Part shown: piece after piece, positions 57,693 to 64,000 of the stretch
Position numbering within the stretch: the stretch's first letter is position 1
How the letters are laid out: each line of letters opens with the position of its first letter
Origin: Myxococcota bacterium
Lineage (GTDB): Bacteria; Myxococcota_A; Polyangia; Nannocystales; Nannocystaceae
NCBI GenBank assembly: GCA_039028615.1
Contig: JBCCHT010000010.1
Span: forward strand, 32,001-96,000
Length of the DNA stretch: 64,000 nt
Direction: 5' to 3'
The notes under the pieces: model-generated
Told to the model about the DNA's origin: nothing
The model's input: the letters and a program-made list of their open reading frames with translations, nothing else
Database searches by the model: none
Program-made: the position numbers and the translations under genes

Positions 57693-60001
57693 GGACGTGG
57701 TGGCTGTGGTGCGTGCTGTCCATGGTGGGGGTTGCCCTGCCGGGCATCGCGTGGGCGAGCCCCGGGGAGGTCACGATTGCCCTCGAGACCGACGGCCGGC
57801 CCGAGTCTCCGGGCTGGGTCTGCGTCGTGTCTCAGGGCCAGAGCCACTCGCAAGACGACGCGGTGTGGCTCGAGGATGCGCTGAAGGCCGCCCCCGAAGG
57901 ACAGCTGTCCACCGCGAACGCGGAGAAGCTCGCCGGGTCGATCCGCGCCTACGACTGGAGCCGGTCCGAATCGGTGGAGACGATGGTCGACGTCTTGAAC
58001 GCGATGGCGCCGAGCAACCTCGAGCCGGCCTGCGGCGGCGCACCGGGCAAGCCCCAGCTATGCGCTGCGACGGTGGCTCCCGAGGCGCTCACCAAGCGCT
58101 CGCTGATCTGCACCGCCAACGAGCGGCAAGCGGGGGCGCCGAAACGCGTGCTTTGGCTCGAGGTCTCCTCCCGTGATGCGCAGAGCGCCAAGGCCTACGT
58201 CGACGAAATCTCGCTCAACGGCGCGGTGCTGACGATCGGGACCAACCTGCGGGGGCGGGAGGCGGTGAAGGTCGTCACTTCGGTCGGGGGCCACTACCTC
58301 GCGGGCGCCGAGGTACGCACCGCCTCGGCCGATGCCATCGTCCTGCAGCTCGAGTCTCGGTGTCGTTGGGTCCGCGTCGAGGTGCCGCCGATCGACCTTC
58401 CGACGGGGGGCCGGGGACGACCGGTGTTCACCCTCGAGCACGATGGCCAGACCACCGAGATCGCCGATGCCTGCGTGCGGGGGAGCGTGCGCGCCCAGTC
58501 GCTGGCGCTGCGCTTGCCCCATGGACGTCGCGCGTCGGTGGGACAGGCCACGGCTCCCATGCGCTTGGTCGGCACCATCGAGCAGAAGATTCCCGCGCTG
58601 CCCAACGCGCGGATCGTGGCGGCCACGCGTCATGAGCCGGCGTACCCGCGGCAGGCCAAGCCGCCGGCCGAAGGAGCCGAGGCCCACCAGGTCGCGTCCC
58701 ACGAGGTCGAGGGCAAGCGCATCGACATTCCCCTCAGCGCGCGGTGGTCCTCGTCGTGGCCGACCGAGCCGCTATTCCTCGAGCCCGAGGTGGTCACCTT
58801 CTTCTGGCCCCGCAGCGCCTGCTTCTACCCCGAGGGCTGCCCCAGCGCGCGCGTGGCCGGGGCGGACACCACCTGCGAGCAGTTCGTGGGGCTCGACGGC
58901 TGCCACTATCGCTGCGACGTCACCCAGACCAACGTCGGCATCGTGGGCGACGAGTTCGTGGTGCCGGTAGAGTTCACCGACGACCACCACGGAGTGCCGC
59001 GGCCCCGATGGGGCGGCACCCTCGGTCGTCTCAACCAGCGCTTCTTTCGGAGCGTGCCGGCCGGCGAACGCAGCGTGAAGGTCGACCTGCACGCGTGGGC
59101 TCGAGACTACGACCCCGGCTACAAGTGGCTGCCCACGCGGAGGGCCTCGACGTACGACACGCCCGATCGTGTGGTGCACGCGCCCGGCGACGAGATCGAG
59201 GCGTTGACCCTGCGGCGCTCCACGGGAGTCGAGCGCCGCATCGAGTTCGGCAAGAACACCACCCGCGAGTACTTCCTCGAGCTGCCCGACCTCCAGTGTG
59301 GCAAGGGCGAGTCGTTCACCATCAAGGTCGAGGGCGAGCGCGAGTACGTCACCACCGAGCTGCCGTTCGCGCAGGGGTCCATCGAGGTGCCGCACCCGAT
59401 GAGCATGGCTCGCGTCGCCTACTTCGGCACCGGGGTCACGGTCGGGTTCACGCGGGTCCTGAGCCCCTCGGATGCCCGGGAGGCGGGCTCATGGGGCCCA
59501 GCGTTCGGCTTCGACCTGTCGCTGCGGCTTCGGCCGCGGCTCTTCGCTCGCGGCTGGCGGTTCGAGCTGCCGCGGTTCGCCTACCTGCTCGGGACGCAGC
59601 CCTTCTTCCCCTTGAGCGAAAACCCGGGCGAGCCTTCGGACGTCGACGGGCGGCGGGCCTACGGTCGCTTCATGCTCGGCTTCGTCGCCCGCACGCCCCA
59701 GTGGAAGCCGCTGACCAGCGTGCGGATCAGCGGTGCCTTCGGGCTCATGGCCAGCGCAGGGGCCCCCGTATTGGCGCGACACATCGAGCTGGTCGGTGAC
59801 GTCTCGCCCGGCTTGGTGCCCATGGCCGAGGTGGTGGTGGGAGTGAGTCGGCGCATCGAGCTGCGGGCCACGCCTCAGCTCATCTGCCTGGAGACCTTCC
59901 ATCGCCACCAGACCGACCTGCGGGGAGCGGCGCGGGACGTCGGGCTGCCGCTGCGCATGTGCAGCGTGTTCATGGGGGCCGGCGTCGCCGGGACCTGGTA
60001 G
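57686..60001 (+). CDS. Secreted Cys-rich protein with probable C-terminal beta-barrel
   Basis: Signal ending AWA; start overlaps the upstream stop; last ~190 aa amphipathic strands ending GVAGTW. Confidence 0.72.
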   Translation: MLRTWWLWCVLSMVGVALPGIAWASPGEVTIALETDGRPESPGWVCVVSQGQSHSQDDAVWLEDALKAAPEGQLSTANAEKLAGSIRAYDWSRSESVETMVDVLNAMAPSNLEPACGGAPGKPQLCAATVAPEALTKRSLICTANERQAGAPKRVLWLEVSSRDAQSAKAYVDEISLNGAVLTIGTNLRGREAVKVVTSVGGHYLAGAEVRTASADAIVLQLESRCRWVRVEVPPIDLPTGGRGRPVFTLEHDGQTTEIADACVRGSVRAQSLALRLPHGRRASVGQATAPMRLVGTIEQKIPALPNARIVAATRHEPAYPRQAKPPAEGAEAHQVASHEVEGKRIDIPLSARWSSSWPTEPLFLEPEVVTFFWPRSACFYPEGCPSARVAGADTTCEQFVGLDGCHYRCDVTQTNVGIVGDEFVVPVEFTDDHHGVPRPRWGGTLGRLNQRFFRSVPAGERSVKVDLHAWARDYDPGYKWLPTRRASTYDTPDRVVHAPGDEIEALTLRRSTGVERRIEFGKNTTREYFLELPDLQCGKGESFTIKVEGEREYVTTELPFAQGSIEVPHPMSMARVAYFGTGVTVGFTRVLSPSDAREAGSWGPAFGFDLSLRLRPRLFARGWRFELPRFAYLLGTQPFFPLSENPGEPSDVDGRRAYGRFMLGFVARTPQWKPLTSVRISGAFGLMASAGAPVLARHIELVGDVSPGLVPMAEVVVGVSRRIELRATPQLICLETFHRHQTDLRGAARDVGLPLRMCSVFMGAGVAGTW

Positions 60002-60062
60002 GCGAAAAAAAATCGCACGGGTCCCGCGTTGGATCGAGCAGAGCGCGTGGATAGGGGAGGGC

Positions 60063-61163
60063 ATGAACCGCTGTCATGCCCCCAAGGCATTGTTCTCCGT
60101 CCTCGCGCCGACCGTGCTCGGTTGCCTGGCCGACGCCCCCTACGAGTCCCTCGAACTCGAGATGCGGACCTCGGTCGCAGGTGAGGTCGAGCCCGCCGTC
60201 CCGACCCTCGGGCGCATCCCGCAGCCCTTCGATCCGAGGCTGGAGCCCGAGCCGGAGCCCGAACCCGAGCCCGAGCCGATCGACGCCGAGGCCCTCGAAG
60301 GCCTGCACATCGAGGACCTGGCCGCTCTGCAGTCGTTTTCGGTGACCTACGAGATGGACCCGCTGCCCTCGGCCTCGTTTCCCTTCACCGCCCCGGAGAT
60401 CGTCGACCCCGACCACGGCTGGCCCGCGCATGCGCTGCAATGGAAGGCGCACCACTCCGGGATGCCGATCGACATGACCACCGCCGGGGTCCTCGTGTCG
60501 CTCACGACGCCCGCGGTGGCCATGGGTCTGCAGGTCGATGCCATCGACGAGCTTTATCTCGACTCGTTCGAGGCCTCGAGCATCTTTAGCGCGGATCCTC
60601 CGGGCGAGTGGCAGACCCGGCTGTTTGCCGACCCCGCCGTCGGCTTGGCCTTCGCCGCGCTGATGATGCACTACTGGGACACCCCGGTGTACGTCGACGG
60701 CCACCACAACTACGCGATGGGATCCGGTGCCTATGGTTCGTACTCGCGGGTCATCGCGCTGCAGCAGCTCGAGTTCCAGCTGCCGTCGGCGCCGGATCTC
60801 CTGTCTGCGTGCGGCTTGGGTCCCAACACTCCGCCGGCCGTGGCCGCCGCGACGATCCCGAACTGCAACCATGGGGCGGTACTCACTGGCGATCAGGTCA
60901 CGCTGTGGAACGACTCGCTGTGTCCGGGCTGCCCGACCCACAACTACGTGGCCTGCGATGCCGACACGTCCTTGGCCCCCATCGATCTGCACTTGGCCTG
61001 GGTCAACGGGTTCAACCGCGGTCGGATGGTGTTCGATCCACCCGACGACGTGACCGAGGAAACCGTCGACGGCCTGGTCGATCTGGCCGAAGCCCTTGCC
61101 GACCAGCTGCTCGTGCCCAACGAAGAGGGCGTGCTGGTCCGGGCCAGCGCTATAGCTTGGTGA
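60063..61163 (+). CDS. Hypothetical lipoprotein
   Basis: GGGGAGG RBS; VLG-C; EP dipeptide run. Confidence 0.72.
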   Translation: MNRCHAPKALFSVLAPTVLGCLADAPYESLELEMRTSVAGEVEPAVPTLGRIPQPFDPRLEPEPEPEPEPEPIDAEALEGLHIEDLAALQSFSVTYEMDPLPSASFPFTAPEIVDPDHGWPAHALQWKAHHSGMPIDMTTAGVLVSLTTPAVAMGLQVDAIDELYLDSFEASSIFSADPPGEWQTRLFADPAVGLAFAALMMHYWDTPVYVDGHHNYAMGSGAYGSYSRVIALQQLEFQLPSAPDLLSACGLGPNTPPAVAAATIPNCNHGAVLTGDQVTLWNDSLCPGCPTHNYVACDADTSLAPIDLHLAWVNGFNRGRMVFDPPDDVTEETVDGLVDLAEALADQLLVPNEEGVLVRASAIAW

Positions 61164-62214
61164 CGACCGCCTCGGTGAGCTGCTCGACTTCATGCCGAGT
61201 CATGTCGAGGGTGATGAGCACCTCGCTGCCTTCGCGCTTGAACTCGATCTTCTCTCCGATGCTGGCGGGAAGGCCGAGCATGGGCAGCATTCCCTTGAGA
61301 TCGTTGAACTGCTTCTCGAGCTCGGCGAGCAGCCGGGTGGCGTCGGCATCGGTCCCACCGTCGCCCGAGAGGGTGAGGGCGATGCCATCATCCGCGCTGC
61401 CCATCGAAAACGAGAAGTCCTTGAAACCATCGAAGGGGCCGTCCGCCAGGTCGCGTTGTAGCTGGCCTTCGATGAGTCCCACGAACCACAAGGGGCGGTC
61501 GGTCTCGGTCCTGTCGAGGGTCGCAGCCAGGGGTCCCTCGGTGATCGCGGTGCCCTTGCCATCGATGCGCGCGACAACCTCGGCATCCAGCTCCTTCGAG
61601 AGAATGATGGCCGTGTCCTTGTCAGGGAAGTAGCCCCGGTCACCGTCGTCGGTGTCGAGCAGCTGCGGCCCTTCGCCTCGCTCGGTGCCCGTGAGCTTCA
61701 GGTCCCAATCGCCCGTGCGGCTGGAGATTCGTTCGAAACACCGCCAGGTCTCCGCGTCGCCCAAGCGCTTGCCGTGGATGGCCATCGCGGTACGGTCGTC
61801 GTGGCCTCCTGCCACGACCACGCGCTCGAAGGTCTCCAGCGCGCCCAGGCAGGCCTCGGCGAGCTGTTCGCCCTTGCGCAGGTCCTCCTCCTTGTCGGTC
61901 AGCGCCTCCCAGAGGTCCGCGATGGCTCGGTTGTCGAGCAGCCGCCCCGGTTCCAAGCTCACCAGGAGATAGGCCGAGCTCGGCAGCAGCAAGATGGGGT
62001 CTCTCGCGCCCTGCCGAACCTCGTCGATCATCTGCGAGGTGAGCCCGGCGAGCCCCGACTTGGAGCCGCCACGTTCGCCTTCTTCTTTGGGCTCGCTCGG
62101 TTCTTCGGCCGGCGCTTCGGCTTCGGTCTTGGTGGATGCAGGAGCTGGCGTTTCGTCCTTGCAGGCGCCCGTGAAGCCCAACAACAATCCAAGGCATAGC
62201 GCGCCGCGTCGCAT
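61150..62214 (-). CDS. Hypothetical lipoprotein
   Basis: Lipobox TGA-C; acidic globular domain; 14-nt convergent overlap with the previous gene. Confidence 0.75.
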   Translation of the reverse strand: MRRGALCLGLLLGFTGACKDETPAPASTKTEAEAPAEEPSEPKEEGERGGSKSGLAGLTSQMIDEVRQGARDPILLLPSSAYLLVSLEPGRLLDNRAIADLWEALTDKEEDLRKGEQLAEACLGALETFERVVVAGGHDDRTAMAIHGKRLGDAETWRCFERISSRTGDWDLKLTGTERGEGPQLLDTDDGDRGYFPDKDTAIILSKELDAEVVARIDGKGTAITEGPLAATLDRTETDRPLWFVGLIEGQLQRDLADGPFDGFKDFSFSMGSADDGIALTLSGDGGTDADATRLLAELEKQFNDLKGMLPMLGLPASIGEKIEFKREGSEVLITLDMTRHEVEQLTEAVVTKL

Positions 62215-62261
62215 CGCCCTCTACCTTGGCGAATCGATGCGGCCGGGGTCAAGCGCTGCGA

Positions 62262-63857
62262 TCAGTCGTCGGCGTCCGCGTCTGGGGCGCTGGGGCCATG
62301 ACCGCCCTCGTCGTCGGGAACGGTGATGAAGCGCGCCGACATGAACACCAACGCCATGACCGAGTAGCCCACGGCCCACGGCCAGGCGGGCGACAGGTCG
62401 ATGACGGTATCGCCGGGGGTGAAGGTGTAGCCGTGCATGAGCCCCGCCATCGAAAGCAGGGCGGCGGCGCTGCACCACAGGGCGGCGGTGGTGAAGCGGC
62501 GTCCGATCACGGCGACGGTGGTGGCGGCCAGGATCATCGACGAGAAGATGAAGCCCTGCTCGAGCGCGAACGCGCCGTGAATCCAGGTGTCCGAGGCGGC
62601 GAAGCGCTCGATGAGCGCGGACGAGAACGCGGGCCCGTCGGGGCTGCCCATGCCCGCCGCACGCAGGCCGTTCTTGGCCATGATCGCCCCCCAGGCGCCG
62701 ACGCCCGGCAGCACGCCCATCACCACCGCGGGCGCATGAGCGCGCGGCGTGGCCTGGAAGGCCTGGGCCGTGATGACGATGCCGATCCACAACACGATGG
62801 CCATGCCGGCATCGATGGGCACCGCCCACACGATGTACGCCAGCGTTCCGCTCAGGCAGATGAGGGTGACGAAGATGCCGTTGAGGATCGAGTAGCCCGC
62901 CCGGGCGCCCAGCGCCTTCCACCCCGGATGCCCGATGTAGATGGTGGTGGGAAAGCAGGATCCGAACAGGCCTGCCGCCAGCGTGCCGAGGCCGTTGACG
63001 GCCAGCGAGGGGCGGGCGGGGTAGCGGTCGCCGGCCGCCTCGGCGGACTCGATGTTCTGCAGCGAGCCCACCAGGTTGAACAGCCCCATGGGCAGGATGA
63101 CCGAGAAGTAGGCGAGCAGGTGCCCCGAGCCGAAGGCCTCGACGAGGTCGCCGATGACGGGGACGGGCACATGCCAGCCGGTGCCGACCGGAGACTCGCC
63201 GACGGGCGCGAGCCCGGTCATCCACGCCAGCAGCATGCCCAGCGACACGGCGACGAGCCCTCCGGGCAGGCCACCGCGGAACTTCACCCGGCCGAAGTAA
63301 GTCAGCATCACGACGCCGAGCGTGGTGAGACCGACGATGGGATGGGCAAAGGTTCGGAACAGAAAGCCGAGCGAGATGAGCCCCAAGGCGATCCCGGACA
63401 GCGTGGCCAGCAGCGCGGCGCGTGGGGTGTAGCGGCGCAGTGCGTCGGCGACCCAGGACCCGCAAAGCTCGATGAAGCCCGAGCCCAGCGTGGCGATGAG
63501 CCCCGCCTGCCATGCGATGCGCGAGGGGTCTTCGGCCCCGGCTGCCGTGGCGGCGAGCTTGGCCGGCAGCATCACCAGGAACACGTGGGCGAAGAGCGAG
63601 ACGGTGTTGATCCCGTAGGGCAGGGCGCAGACGTCGTCGCGACCCTCGGCTTCGGCGAGCTTCTTCGCTTGGCGGGCGTAGTAGAGGTTGCCCACCAGCA
63701 GCGAAATCGCGACCCCGGGAAGCACGCGACCGTAGAGCAGCTCGTCGGAGAACCCCAGCACGAAGCGGCACAGCGCATCGATGAGCAGTAGCTGCACGAG
63801 GTTGTCGAGTGCCAACCCGAAGAAGCCGTCGACATCACCGCGTACGAACCACTTCAT
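62262..63857 (-). CDS. NCS2-like (nucleobase) permease
   Basis: GDVDGFFGL, ALPYGINT, FPTTIYIGHPGWK, GARAGYS; many TMs. Confidence 0.82.
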   Translation of the reverse strand: MKWFVRGDVDGFFGLALDNLVQLLLIDALCRFVLGFSDELLYGRVLPGVAISLLVGNLYYARQAKKLAEAEGRDDVCALPYGINTVSLFAHVFLVMLPAKLAATAAGAEDPSRIAWQAGLIATLGSGFIELCGSWVADALRRYTPRAALLATLSGIALGLISLGFLFRTFAHPIVGLTTLGVVMLTYFGRVKFRGGLPGGLVAVSLGMLLAWMTGLAPVGESPVGTGWHVPVPVIGDLVEAFGSGHLLAYFSVILPMGLFNLVGSLQNIESAEAAGDRYPARPSLAVNGLGTLAAGLFGSCFPTTIYIGHPGWKALGARAGYSILNGIFVTLICLSGTLAYIVWAVPIDAGMAIVLWIGIVITAQAFQATPRAHAPAVVMGVLPGVGAWGAIMAKNGLRAAGMGSPDGPAFSSALIERFAASDTWIHGAFALEQGFIFSSMILAATTVAVIGRRFTTAALWCSAAALLSMAGLMHGYTFTPGDTVIDLSPAWPWAVGYSVMALVFMSARFITVPDDEGGHGPSAPDADADD

Positions 63858-63928
63858 GTCGGGTTGGAAGTAACAGGAGTTTTGCGCCGAGGTCCACTGG
63901 TGTCCCGCCGACCTGGTATGTTCGGCGC

Positions 63929-64000
63929 GTGAGCAGCCTGAAGGACAAGACCCTCTTCATCACCGGGGCCAGCCGTGGCATCGGCCAGGCCATCGCCGTG
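63929..64000 (+). CDS. Short-chain dehydrogenase/reductase (3'-partial)
   Basis: GTG start, then SSLKDKTLFITGASRGIGQAIAV (TGxxxGIG). Confidence 0.85.
   Translation, partial: MSSLKDKTLFITGASRGIGQAIAV

Overview
High-GC (about 70%) bacterial chromosome segment. Gene content (TPR-rich Glt-like proteins, myxococcal Cys-rich repeats, Ser/Thr kinase-TPR proteins) suggests a myxobacterium, probably Nannocystaceae-like (inference). 1-14.9 kb: a single-locus Agl/Glt-type proton-driven envelope machine (GltC/D/E/F-like, a MotA/TolQ/ExbB gene, two ExbD/TolR genes, a GltG-like TonB-type protein), continuing on the same strand into an outer-membrane beta-barrel plus short OPX polysaccharide-export pair. 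Next come a lid-less Hsp70 with a J-domain protein, hisB, an acyl-CoA carboxylase beta subunit, a radical SAM enzyme with two tandem paralogous unknown proteins, and tRNA-Arg(CCG). After the tRNA is a module of FHA-LuxR regulator, kinase and a lipoprotein ending in a mirror-symmetric Cys hairpin. Further on: a second kinase, TrmK, an RND pump, LpoB-like genes, a DAHP synthase-pheA operon with a 25-aa Phe-rich leader peptide missing from the ORF track, hemE, prmC, an orphan Cys-rich envelope operon and an NCS2-like permease. Top leads: the Phe-leader translational attenuator over enzymes lacking regulatory domains, the symmetric Cys-hairpin lipoprotein, the motor/polysaccharide-export linkage with an Asn/Asp ExbD pair, the radical SAM plus twin proteins, and a recurrent leaderless-gene signature. 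No CRISPR, IS, integrase or rRNA seen. All family assignments are by motif recognition only; no searches were run.
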